From IMG/VR virus record IMGVR_UViG_3300045996_000852, positions 64,001-128,000 of that record: DNA of 64,000 nucleotides, one strand, 5' to 3'. The position numbers and the translations under genes were made by a program. Within the stretch, counting starts at the first letter, position 1. The number at the start of each line of letters is the position of its first letter. This DNA is from a virus. Lineage: Duplodnaviria; Heunggongvirae; Uroviricota; Caudoviricetes. The notes beneath the pieces were generated by a model, which ran no database searches, had not been told where the DNA came from, and was given only the letters and a program-made list of their open reading frames with translations. This document shows positions 52,309 to 62,330 of this stretch, in pieces.

Positions 52309-52802
52309 TCTCTTCAATTTTACTGATAATGTAACCTTGTCCCAAATCATGAATATTTCCAGAGCCATCCTTTATTTTTAAAAGGAAAGGCTTTACCTTG
52401 TCAAATTCTCCATTCTGACCTATTATTTCTCCCTTAGATTCACCTATTGAGGGAATAATAAATTTAACCTTGTCCCCCTGAAAGTACTTCTGTTTTGGCA
52501 TTCTTAGAGTTTTTAGCTTGATGAATAATAGCATCCATTACAGGAACAAAGAATGATGGATACTGCAATACTTGCATTTTTTCTCCATCTTCTTCTATTT
52601 CTACCCTTTTAACATGCTTGTACTTCATTTCACTCTCAAAGAATTTCTTAACTATAAGACTTCCTAAATCTCTTTTCTCTTCGAGAGTAAAAGGGATTTC
52701 CTGATTCTTATCCGTAAATATATTCTTCAGTCTGTCATTGAGGGTCTGAGGTGTATTACGTATCTTCTTGATTTTTACTTGTTTTTCTTTAATACTATTC
52801 AT
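52301..52802 (-). CDS. two hypothetical proteins (52301-52534, 52464-52802)
   Basis: ORFs. Confidence 0.45.
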
Positions 52803-53347
52803 TTTTTGAGTTTTTTCAAATGTTCAATATCTTGGGGTGTACCAGCAAAGTTAATCATTTCAAACCATGCAATCTTAGCATCATCTGAAACTCTTTCATT
52901 AGGATAGTCAAATCCTATATTTGAAGTTATAGATTCATAAAAATCACTCTGAAGATAAGGGTGTAAATCATCAAAGAAATATAATTTACCTTTCCAATCT
53001 ACAGAGAATTCGTTATCTATAAAAGATATAAGAGTTGTTAATCTTTGCTTACCATCAATAACTTGATAAATGTAATCTCTTCTTTCCCTATGTGCATCTG
53101 TTGGGAAGTGTTTTAGTACAGATATATTTGGTAATTTTAACCCCTTGAATATAGAGTATACCAATTGTTCTTTTTGAAATTCTGTCCAAACTAAAGGTCT
53201 TTGTAAATTTATACCTTTAGAAGGTAAATATACATCAAAATCAAAGTCATTTTTCTCGTTTCTTCTAAGAGAAATATCCCCCATTCCATAATTTATACGA
53301 AATGGGAGTTCTGGTCTAACTTCTTTTACAGTCAAGAGGTTTTTCAT
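52799..53347 (-). CDS. stand-alone DUF262 (ParB-like) domain protein
   Basis: LQRPLVW...LVYSIFKGLKLP...VIDGKQRLTT. Confidence 0.8.
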   Translation of the reverse strand: MKNLLTVKEVRPELPFRINYGMGDISLRRNEKNDFDFDVYLPSKGINLQRPLVWTEFQKEQLVYSIFKGLKLPNISVLKHFPTDAHRERRDYIYQVIDGKQRLTTLISFIDNEFSVDWKGKLYFFDDLHPYLQSDFYESITSNIGFDYPNERVSDDAKIAWFEMINFAGTPQDIEHLKKLKK

Positions 53348-54543
53348 CTTTATCCTTTATTATATTTAATACTCTAAGGAATCTATAGGCTTTAAAAACA
53401 CCAGTTGTAACTTTAGCAGTCATACTTTCCTTAGGATACCAGTTTATATCATCATTCCATATTACAACTCTTCCTACATTGGAATCTATAGTAAGTAATG
53501 AATCAGCATGTTTCCACCCTTTTTCATCAAACTCACCTATATGAGTTACCTGAACATCAGTATATTCCAGATGATTCGCTATTATCTTTATTAACTGCTG
53601 TGCTTGGATTTTTGTTATCATAAAATGTGGTCTTTGCTGCTTCAATAATAGTAGGTGAATGACCTAATCTTTTCTTTGTTTGGTGAAAGGATTGATTCCA
53701 TAATAAATCATATACAGAATTCTTAATACTTCCACACCATGCATGAGCAAGATGAAGAATACCTTTCCATCCTACCTTTGCATAGTGGGAAGTATTAAGT
53801 TTTCTAGTATACATCAGCATAGGTACTGGTGCTTGTCTGGTTTTTACATGGGAATCAGGTCCGAAGTATTGTACCCATGATACTCCTTCATCACAGTTTA
53901 TTCTAAGACCAATGGTAGTATCAGAGGTATATTCAGTAAAGAATCCAAGTGTGTAAGCCCAACTTGTAACCTTGTATATATCCCAATCTTCAGGGAATAT
54001 AATTGATACCACACAACCTTCTAATTGGTCGAATAATCTTTTTACTTTCCATTCATTATGGTCATAGAAATTCCATTCTATACAATCAGGGTTCTTGGCA
54101 AACAAGGTAGCAAATACACAACCTGTATTACCCTTTGCTATCCACTCAAGGTTTCTTTCTGCTATCATTGTATTTTATTAATGCGGTTTTATAAATTTCA
54201 GTGTTTTTAGCCCAACCAACATCATGAGGTAATCCACCCCAAATGGTTAAACATACTTCTTTATATGTTTCGTATTCTCCATCCTTAAATTTATAAGGCT
54301 TAGGTTTACCATTTTCGGTGAAATAGAATTTACTCATAGTCGTTGTTCAATTTTACGTACTTCAATAGCCATTTTTCTTATTTCTATGGCATCAGTACGA
54401 AGTTTATCAAGATAATCAGTCTTCCAATCATTTTGTTTCTCATCAGCTAATCTTTCCATAGCTTCGGCAGTTTCGATGAGAATATTTCTTGCCTCAATAG
54501 CCTTATCTTTGGCTCTCTGTTCATTTTCACTTGTGTAGCTCAT
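53316..54543 (-). CDS. four hypothetical proteins (53316-53645, 53557-54168, 54146-54337, 54334-54543)
   Basis: ORFs. Confidence 0.5.
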
Positions 54544-54572
54544 GACAGTAGTTTTAGTTTTGTGATAAAAAG

Positions 54573-54598
54573 AAAAGGGAGCAATAAAGCCCCCTTTT
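54573..54598 (-). terminator. terminator after the vWA gene
   Basis: AAAAGGG..GC/GC..CCCTTTT hairpin followed by a U-run. Confidence 0.6.
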
Positions 54599-54617
54599 CA
54601 TAATAATGATACGTGTT

Positions 54618-55310
54618 TTAGAAATTAACAACAGCTTGTTGACTGCTGGAAGAAACACTTTGAGATACTACTCCCATTTGTTTCCTGATCTCAGAACCAG
54701 AAGCACCTACAGTTACAAGGCACTTGGTTGGGTCTAATCCCATAGCAACACATGCAGCCTCAAAGTTTGCAGCATTACCAACACCCAACATGTTGATTGT
54801 AAAAGAGTTAGCCCATGCTTCATTCCTCTTCAGGTCTTCAACAATAGCCTTTACTCTCTTATCAGCACCTCTGGAAGAAGAGTTATCCTCACCATCAGTA
54901 ATGATAAAGATATTTGTCCTTACCTCGATACCTTGGTCTTCCAAATCTTGTCTGTACTTTACCACATTTTCCAATGTTTCTTGTACAGCCTGATATAATG
55001 CTGTTCCACCACCAGTAGGTGCTGAATCCAGATAATCATCGGGGAGATTCAGGATTGGAGTAAAGCCCGATACGTGCTCTACTCTTTCACAGAACTTCAC
55101 ACATTTGATAACAATATCATTCTTCCTGTGTGAGTTCTTGAGTTCTTTCATAAATACTTCCCGGGCAGCATCATTCATTACATGTACGTAACTGTTGATG
55201 GATGGAGAAACGTCAACCACTACACCAAACATGATTACTGTTGATGTTTGATTTGCTAAAGCATTAGGGTCAAAGTTCTGCATGTTCAAATTAACGAAAC
55301 CTTCGTTCAT
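54618..55310 (-). CDS. TerY-like vWA domain protein
   Basis: VVDVSPS (MIDAS), GGGTALYQA, IITDGED. Confidence 0.75.
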   Translation of the reverse strand: MNEGFVNLNMQNFDPNALANQTSTVIMFGVVVDVSPSINSYVHVMNDAAREVFMKELKNSHRKNDIVIKCVKFCERVEHVSGFTPILNLPDDYLDSAPTGGGTALYQAVQETLENVVKYRQDLEDQGIEVRTNIFIITDGEDNSSSRGADKRVKAIVEDLKRNEAWANSFTINMLGVGNAANFEAACVAMGLDPTKCLVTVGASGSEIRKQMGVVSQSVSSSSQQAVVNF

Positions 55311-55340
55311 ATTAGTAGTTTTTGTAGTTAACACTTTTGT

Positions 55341-56138
55341 TTAGAAGTCAGTACTTTTTTGAATCCTTACTCCTTTTGCTTGTGCATCAGCGTAAATGTT
55401 ATTTACACCAACGTAGAAGTCAGAAGGTAAGCCCGGAACGTCACTCATACAATCTTCCAGAACAATCAGCTTCGGAGCTAATTGCGGAGCTATATCCAAC
55501 AATTGTCTCATTGAATTAGCAACACAGTGACTCCTTGCCTGTCCTGCAAGATAGATTGTATCATGGTCATTCAGCAATTGGAATATTGCCTGATTAACCT
55601 GAGTTGCAGGGTCAGAAGGAAGAGGAACATTTGCCCGGAATATACCGAAATGCTCAGTGAATGGATTTACTCCTTTGGTAATGAAGTTAACCCAACGTGA
55701 ATTCTTGTTCATCCACTCACGGATAGAATCAAAGAATACGGGATGGAATGCATGACCATTACTACCCATGAGGCAGTGTTCAGGCCATATGAAATGGTTG
55801 AATTCACCATTCTTTTCCAAGTCTTCTACATATTGCAGAGACATTGCAGGTTGAATTCTTGCAACATACTTACCATTCTTAATATCATCTGCACTGATAG
55901 GTGTGAATGGAGTTACGAGGTTACCTCTTGCATCAATCCACCATGCAGGATGTGCAATGTCCAGAGAATAGTGAGAATCCTGAGAGGCTAATATCCTGCT
56001 CGGATTCAGTTTCTTGATGAAGTCAGCCAGTCTCTCGGTATCTTTTACTGCACCTGCAACAGGTAAAGCAGCACCGGGAACATCATGGAAATCAATTTGA
56101 GCATCAATAACGAGTAATGCATCGTTGTTCTTGTTCAT
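55341..56138 (-). CDS. nicotinamidase/isochorismatase family hydrolase (PncA-like)
   Basis: VIDAQIDF, SQDSH, WPEHC, FITKG, SHCV (D-K-C triad plus metal ligands). Confidence 0.85.
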   Translation of the reverse strand: MNKNNDALLVIDAQIDFHDVPGAALPVAGAVKDTERLADFIKKLNPSRILASQDSHYSLDIAHPAWWIDARGNLVTPFTPISADDIKNGKYVARIQPAMSLQYVEDLEKNGEFNHFIWPEHCLMGSNGHAFHPVFFDSIREWMNKNSRWVNFITKGVNPFTEHFGIFRANVPLPSDPATQVNQAIFQLLNDHDTIYLAGQARSHCVANSMRQLLDIAPQLAPKLIVLEDCMSDVPGLPSDFYVGVNNIYADAQAKGVRIQKSTDF

Positions 56139-56155
56139 GTTATTTGGTTTAAAAT

Positions 56156-57772
56156 TTATGAAGCTTTGTTTAAGAGATAAAGTGTGTTGGATTCTAACAT
56201 AAGGATACCAGCATCAGTCATATATAACCTTGAATCCCTAGTACAAATAGATAAATCCATTCGTGCTATTTCTGTTCCAAGCTGATAAATTGCAATATGT
56301 CCATTCTCAGGAACAAATACGTTATCACCTTTAGAGCAGAAATGTGGTAAATAATCAAGATCAATAGAACTTGTTGGACTCATTGGATTGTAAATGGTAT
56401 ATTCTATTCTGGACTTTGTTTTTACTTCAGTACCCAAGTATGGACCTGCATAGAATGCATTCTTTAATCCTTTGGGAACTTTAACCAGATTATACCTGTT
56501 CATCTGAGGTAAATTCAGGTATACACTACCACCAAAATTCTGTATAGGTGTATCTCTGAGGATGATTGACTTGGTAAATACTACAGTACTTGTAGAATCT
56601 ATACCAAATTGTTGTTTATAAAGGTCAATATTCCTCTGTTGATCTGTAGCATAATCAAATACTACCAGTGAACCATTGTGATAATAAAATTGTGGCTGAT
56701 AAAAGGATAACTTCTGATTATTAGAGAATATCAAGTCATTACCTTTTACAAGAGCAAAGTTGGTTCCAGCAGGGTATAACTGGTCAGCATCCATTGACTT
56801 TAGGAAGCTTATCTGACCCCCTATAGCACAACTTATTAATAACCAGCTACCATCCTTGATATTCCTTACGGCAACACTGTTTGTACAAGCATTGATATGA
56901 GAAATGTCATGAGATATTTCTCTTACTGTAAGAGATGTAGAGGCTATTTTCTGTTTAACTACAGTAGATACAGGAACATGTACACCACCAAAATCTACCA
57001 TATACCGTCTTCCTGAGAATATATCCCTGAATTGTTTCTCAATCTCACCTTTTGGTGGTTGATACAATGCAGGTATTTTTATCCCGGGGATGTTAGATAG
57101 ATATGATTTGTGAGACTTTACCCTTTGTTCAAGTGATTCTTTATTACCCGGAATCACCCATTTGAAAGGATGACAATACGTTGTGGTCCAGAAGGCCAAT
57201 ATATCATAAGCCCAAGCATCAGTACTCTTATTAATCATGGCAGTGGTCCAATCTCTTATCTCATCAAGTAGTACACCTGAATGAGGCTGAGAATCAGTCT
57301 GGTAGCTATCCACATCAACAAACAATACTTTACCTGTTTTGCCTACAAATATATTGTACATATTCAAGTCACCAATAACAATATTATTCTTATGTAATTC
57401 TTCCAACGAAGCTTTAAGAAATGCTAAAATCTTAAGTTTCAATGAATCTGTAATGTTATTTGAATTACAAAAGCCCTTATTGAATAAGTTATTGAATAAC
57501 CAGTAGTCATTAAAGTTTACATAATCCATATCAAAACCAGCAACATTACCTTTATCATCAAAATATATCTCTTTAGGAGCTACAAATGAATCTTTATTAA
57601 GGCTAGATAATGTTTCTAAATGTTTAGCAAAACTTGCCTTCCTTGGACTGTGATAGATTTTAACCACTCTGGATTTATCAGTAGGATGTTCAAGTATTCT
57701 GCCTTCCCCACCAGATGCTATTTCCTTAGCTTTGGTTAGATTCAGAGTTTTCCCTGATTTGGTCTTGTACAT
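56156..57772 (-). CDS. Ser/Thr protein kinase, TerY-P type, with a long C-terminal extension
   Basis: ASGGEG, VVKIY, IVIGDLNMYNI, FVDVDSY. Confidence 0.85.
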   Translation of the reverse strand: MYKTKSGKTLNLTKAKEIASGGEGRILEHPTDKSRVVKIYHSPRKASFAKHLETLSSLNKDSFVAPKEIYFDDKGNVAGFDMDYVNFNDYWLFNNLFNKGFCNSNNITDSLKLKILAFLKASLEELHKNNIVIGDLNMYNIFVGKTGKVLFVDVDSYQTDSQPHSGVLLDEIRDWTTAMINKSTDAWAYDILAFWTTTYCHPFKWVIPGNKESLEQRVKSHKSYLSNIPGIKIPALYQPPKGEIEKQFRDIFSGRRYMVDFGGVHVPVSTVVKQKIASTSLTVREISHDISHINACTNSVAVRNIKDGSWLLISCAIGGQISFLKSMDADQLYPAGTNFALVKGNDLIFSNNQKLSFYQPQFYYHNGSLVVFDYATDQQRNIDLYKQQFGIDSTSTVVFTKSIILRDTPIQNFGGSVYLNLPQMNRYNLVKVPKGLKNAFYAGPYLGTEVKTKSRIEYTIYNPMSPTSSIDLDYLPHFCSKGDNVFVPENGHIAIYQLGTEIARMDLSICTRDSRLYMTDAGILMLESNTLYLLNKAS

Positions 57773-58223
57773 AATCTGATAAGTATTTGTTATAAGGTAA
57801 AAGTGTTAATGAACAACCTTCTTGGCACATAAGGTCTGTTAACCATTCATCCCAAGATAAATGTATAAGGTCAATAAATTCTTGTGGACTACCTCTTTGT
57901 TTAAATCTTTCAACAAATACTTCTTTGGCTTTATCTGTAGCCATAGGAATAACAAGATGGAATCCTATTTGTTCTTCATATAAAGCAGACCTTACTACTT
58001 TATGTGTAGAAACAAGGATATAATCATATTTTCCCATATTCTCTTTGATGTGTTGAATGTAATTTTCAGGAAATTCTCGATTCCTTACTTTCTTACCTTC
58101 ATCATTTGTACTCCAAGAGAAATCAGAAGAATCACTGTCTAGTATTTTGAGATCACCACAATTCTTATGTAGATGGGTCTTTCCCATCCCCGGAAATGCT
58201 GCTATAATCTTTGTCTTAATCAT
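57726..58223 (-). CDS. small P-loop NTPase (nucleotide-kinase-like)
   Basis: AFPGMGKT, DSDSS. Confidence 0.65.
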   Translation of the reverse strand: MIKTKIIAAFPGMGKTHLHKNCGDLKILDSDSSDFSWSTNDEGKKVRNREFPENYIQHIKENMGKYDYILVSTHKVVRSALYEEQIGFHLVIPMATDKAKEVFVERFKQRGSPQEFIDLIHLSWDEWLTDLMCQEGCSLTLLPYNKYLSDYVQDQIRENSESNQS

Positions 58224-58831
58224 ATTCTTAATCCTTTAAAGTTTACACCAAAATGTATAAAATCTCCAATACTTTCTCTTCCAGTTGGTAAAGCAAAATA
58301 CCTTGAGCCATCTCTTCTGTATTCTACATTCATTCCATACTCTTCACATTCCTGAAATCTAGGAGGTGAACCGAATAGCTTTAAATGTAATTTATCAATA
58401 GACTTATCAGAACGCACATCAAATTCAGTGGGTCTAACCATTCTTAGATGAGGCTCACTAACAGTAAAAGATACATTGTTTCTTTTTACTGTTAATATTC
58501 CTTTATACTTAACCATTTGAGTTCCGTCCTTTAGAGATTTAAAATATTCATCTTTGGTAGCACATATTCGCATAATGGAATCAAACTGTTTCCAGCTAAC
58601 CCATTGGAATAATTCTAAGAATGTTAATATACTTCTTGCATAATTTTTAACACTCTCAGTATATATACTATCAAATAGAACATCTGATATTTTATCAATA
58701 AATTCAGGATACTCATTACCAATTTGATTAATAGTTATCCAACTATTATTTCTGGAAGATGGTCCTTCCTCAAGAAGAACCCATATTGTCCCCTTCTTGA
58801 TGTACTTGGACTGGTTCACTATCTTGTACAT
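58220..58831 (-). CDS. hypothetical protein
   Basis: 203-aa ORF. Confidence 0.5.
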   Translation of the reverse strand: MYKIVNQSKYIKKGTIWVLLEEGPSSRNNSWITINQIGNEYPEFIDKISDVLFDSIYTESVKNYARSILTFLELFQWVSWKQFDSIMRICATKDEYFKSLKDGTQMVKYKGILTVKRNNVSFTVSEPHLRMVRPTEFDVRSDKSIDKLHLKLFGSPPRFQECEEYGMNVEYRRDGSRYFALPTGRESIGDFIHFGVNFKGLRI

Positions 58832-59489
58832 AACTTATGATTGAAAGGTCATCTGCAATAGTCCATGAATCTCTCTTTAATATATTCCATTGTCTTTGGA
58901 GATAGTTCTCTCCTGTAGGTGGATGTAATAAAAGAGATAATGGGTTTGAGCATTTTGGTTGTGAGTCAATGAGTTGTGGTCTATCAATAGACCTTATACC
59001 ATCTGAGCATATCTGGAACTTATTTACATTCTGATATGTTTTTGTGGTATACATCTTCAAGAATACTGGTAAAGCATCATCCCTCATGACATATGCTAAA
59101 TAGTCAGGTTGATTATTCTGCTCTATTTCATATTCTATATCATTCACATAATAATAACCATCACCGAAAGCTCTTACCTTCAATTCTTTGGTTAATTGAT
59201 TATATGAGAATAATATACATGTAGAAAGCATACTCATCTCAGTTATCCCAAGCATTATGGCAAGCATCTTCAGGCTATTATAAACCTCTGAAGCTCGTAG
59301 ATTGGTAGTTGGGTCTTGAAATCCCTTAGCAAATAAATATGCTAAGGTTTGTGAAGCCCAATGAGATTTATATCCAGAGGAGCACCCATCGAATACTCCT
59401 CCGTATATAAAATCATCAACTTCCTGCCAATAGATAGAATCTTCACATGAATTGTGAGTTCCACCTCGAACATTTAAAGTTGCTATCAT
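58770..59489 (-). CDS. PP2C-family protein phosphatase, TerY-P type
   Basis: RGGTHNSCEDS, VFDGCSSG, FGDG, CSDGI, DDLSII. Confidence 0.8.
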   Translation of the reverse strand: MIATLNVRGGTHNSCEDSIYWQEVDDFIYGGVFDGCSSGYKSHWASQTLAYLFAKGFQDPTTNLRASEVYNSLKMLAIMLGITEMSMLSTCILFSYNQLTKELKVRAFGDGYYYVNDIEYEIEQNNQPDYLAYVMRDDALPVFLKMYTTKTYQNVNKFQICSDGIRSIDRPQLIDSQPKCSNPLSLLLHPPTGENYLQRQWNILKRDSWTIADDLSIISYVQDSEPVQVHQEGDNMGSS

Positions 59490-59645
59490 ACTATTATTTG
59501 TTGATGAATGATGAGTGTTGATGAAGTGATAAGAATAATAGGACTTTGGTTATATTCCCTTATCCTACTGTCCATTTCAAGTTGCTCTTCAATTTCTCTG
59601 AGTCTCTCTTGAATAAAATACTTTTCCTCTATAAGAGTTCTTCTC

Positions 59646-60137
59646 TCATCGTTGCTTAAGAGTTGGTTCATTTGATGATGATTTAAGAAATTCACGAATT
59701 TCTGTTGTGGAATTAAATCTGAGAACATCAGGAATAATAACAAGGTCAACACCTTCTACACGAATAGCAGGTTTACCATAGATTATATCACTATTCTTGA
59801 AGTTCTTGATTTTGTTTTTTGAGGTATCTAAAGCTTTCAACATTTTCTCCACATGATGTATCTCATTGATAATCATTGTACAATCCACACATTTGATATT
59901 ATCAGCCATAAAAGCTCTATCTACCTCATTGATATAAGGACTTCTTTTCTTGTTCCTGAAGGTTAAGAAATCCGAATCCAGTTGTACAAGTAATATATCA
60001 CATTCCCTTTTACATTTTGTTAAATATAATATGTGCAAAGGATGTAATAGATCATAACAACCAGAAGTAACACCTATTACTTTGCCTTCGAAAGCATTTA
60101 GGTATTGAGCAGCTTGTTTAATGTCGTAGAATGTCAT
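59646..60137 (-). CDS. HIGH-family nucleotidyltransferase (RfaE-C/TagD-like)
   Basis: TSGCYDLLHPLH, LDSD, R...IKCVD, STTEI. Confidence 0.75.
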   Translation of the reverse strand: MTFYDIKQAAQYLNAFEGKVIGVTSGCYDLLHPLHILYLTKCKRECDILLVQLDSDFLTFRNKKRSPYINEVDRAFMADNIKCVDCTMIINEIHHVEKMLKALDTSKNKIKNFKNSDIIYGKPAIRVEGVDLVIIPDVLRFNSTTEIREFLKSSSNEPTLKQR

Positions 60138-60139
60138 GA

Positions 60140-60568
60140 TTAATCTTTGAGATATTGATAAGCAACACAATATTTTTCAAGCCTGTCGAAATCTTTCTTC
60201 CTTAATCCTTTCAATCTACTAACCTTGGTGTTGTGTTCAAGGTCAGCTATTTTTACGGCTTTACAGTCCGGGTCCAAAGCAATCCTTTTGATATAATCAT
60301 TCTGATAATCTTCATTATTCAGTCTGGTAAGTATCCTGAGTTTGCTAACTATTGGTTGATAAAATCCCATTTCTAATAGCTTATCAAACCATTGTTCACC
60401 TTTATCTTCTGGTAAATCATGTAATAGAGCAAGAATCTTTCTGATGTCTGTAGTTTGCTTACTCATTACATACAAAAGATGCATGATGTAAGGTTCCCCA
60501 CCCTTATCAAAATCATTCTTAAACTCTTCAGCTACAATAGCAAATGCTAAGGCTAATAGTTTCTTCAT
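60140..60568 (-). CDS. HD-domain hydrolase (SpoT/Mesh1-like)
   Basis: DKGGEPYIMH, ALLHDLPED, VKIADLEHN. Confidence 0.8.
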   Translation of the reverse strand: MKKLLALAFAIVAEEFKNDFDKGGEPYIMHLLYVMSKQTTDIRKILALLHDLPEDKGEQWFDKLLEMGFYQPIVSKLRILTRLNNEDYQNDYIKRIALDPDCKAVKIADLEHNTKVSRLKGLRKKDFDRLEKYCVAYQYLKD

Positions 60569-61245
60569 ACTGTTGTCCTTTTTCTTTTGAGATAATTGTG
60601 TACTTTCTCTCTGAATGAATCAGAAGGGTAGCCGTAAATCTCAGCATGATTCTTGAATCTTCTGATTATTTCTTCAGCTTCATCTGACTTTCTTATAAAA
60701 CTCCATACTATTTCACCTTCAGAATTTACTTTGTAGGTACTATACTTACCAGTAGGGTCATTAAATTCTTCTATTTCCATATCTAGCATCACTTCCCATA
60801 TACCTTGTTCTCTTACAAATGCTTCAATGAAGTCTGTTCCAATTTTATGAATACCAGAAGGACTGTCCTTATAGACAGCAACTTTCATTAAATCCTGACT
60901 ATAGTGAGAGAATTTAGATGTCTTCCATAATATAGGATTATTACTGGCTACTACTTTACTCCAATATTTCCAATCTGATACAGAGAATGTATCATCTTTG
61001 ATTTGGTATAAAGTATCCCCATTTTTATTAATAACCCATGTACCTGTTTCAGGCTTTTCTGTTATCTCTTCATTTGAAGTAAGATAGAGATAATTAAATT
61101 CGTAACCTCGGTTTACAGCATCCTCTAATATTTGAGTATGACACTCCCAAGGATTACCATGTTCAGGCTTGAACTTGTATATATTCTTTATAAGACAAGT
61201 TTTGCTTTCGGTTGGTAAAGCATAAACCATTGCTGGACTTTTCAT
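60565..61245 (-). CDS. hypothetical protein
   Basis: 226-aa ORF. Confidence 0.6.
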   Translation of the reverse strand: MKSPAMVYALPTESKTCLIKNIYKFKPEHGNPWECHTQILEDAVNRGYEFNYLYLTSNEEITEKPETGTWVINKNGDTLYQIKDDTFSVSDWKYWSKVVASNNPILWKTSKFSHYSQDLMKVAVYKDSPSGIHKIGTDFIEAFVREQGIWEVMLDMEIEEFNDPTGKYSTYKVNSEGEIVWSFIRKSDEAEEIIRRFKNHAEIYGYPSDSFREKVHNYLKRKRTTV

Positions 61246-62011
61246 GTTGATAATCTTTCAATGATGTAATTGGCAAATTGTTTCTGGACATTTGTCGCTT
61301 CCTCAGGAGACATTTGTAAAGCATTCTCACTACTTCCTGTCATATAACCCCAACCTCTTATAATGATAAATACTTGACTACCAATGCATATTGTAGTATC
61401 TTCCTCGTCATAATATAAACCTTCGAACCTTACTCCATTCTCTATTCCATTGAGTTTGTCTACTATTGAATTTTTTTGATCTTCCTCTAGTGTATATAAT
61501 GTCTTACCCGGGAACATATTACTCATCATACTGAAGGTAAAATCAAAAGCCATATTGAAACCAGAGTCAAAAACTTTTGTAGTTCTCATTCTTTTGAGAG
61601 GGAGTTTATATACTTCCTGAAAACTTATTGTTTCATTGTTCATTTGGAAAGTGTTTGAATTATGAACTGAGCAAATTCATTTTGTAATCTTACAGCTTCG
61701 TCTACTGGCAGAGCTAATCCACCACCTGTACCTGTTAGGTAACCCCAACCACGAATAGTACAGAATATTTTACCCTCACAAAGGATATTAGCTTCATTGC
61801 CATCCCATATAAGAGTTAAAGCAGGTAAATCTGTTTGTTTACCATTAAGTTTATTCACTATTTTCTGATACATTGCTGAGTGTAACATTAACTCATCATC
61901 ACTACCAAAAATGGGAAAGTCCATAGCTCTACCATTATTAGCAGTCCATACTATATCAGCACTCTCATCAAATCTGAGAGGAAATAGATAAACATCATTA
62001 AATTTTTTCAT
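61242..62011 (-). CDS. tandem paralogous pair of hypothetical proteins (61242-61643, 61640-62011)
   Basis: Shared F.EVY..PL, KLNG, IRGWGY.TG and EEA...Q..FA.(Y/F)II..L. Confidence 0.75.
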
Positions 62012-62330
62012 CTGGTTCTGATTGAGGATGTAATGTAATTCTTATACCCACTCCTTTAGTAATATACTCGGGTAGTGACTCTCCGGGCTTAGAATTTTTT
62101 AGGAATACGAATCTAGCTAATACTTGATTGAACGTACCTTCTTTAAAACCCATACTCTTACGGATATAGGTTCCCCATTTTGTTTCTCTGATTACTTGAG
62201 CATTCAAATCCAAGGGTTCTCCTGTAGGAACAAAAAAGTGCTGTTCCATCCAAATATCTCCATTCTGGTCATCTATGCCAATGTACACTTTTACATTTCT
62301 TCTATTTTTAAACCCATATCCACCTATCAT
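61998..62330 (-). CDS. hypothetical protein
   Basis: 110-aa ORF. Confidence 0.5.
   Translation of the reverse strand: MIGGYGFKNRRNVKVYIGIDDQNGDIWMEQHFFVPTGEPLDLNAQVIRETKWGTYIRKSMGFKEGTFNQVLARFVFLKNSKPGESLPEYITKGVGIRITLHPQSEPDEKI

Noticed and set aside
59646-60137. Calling the HIGH-family enzyme NadD/NMNAT and so a NARP2 pathway
   Set aside because: Its motifs fit RfaE-C/TagD better, and no Nampt gene is in the window.
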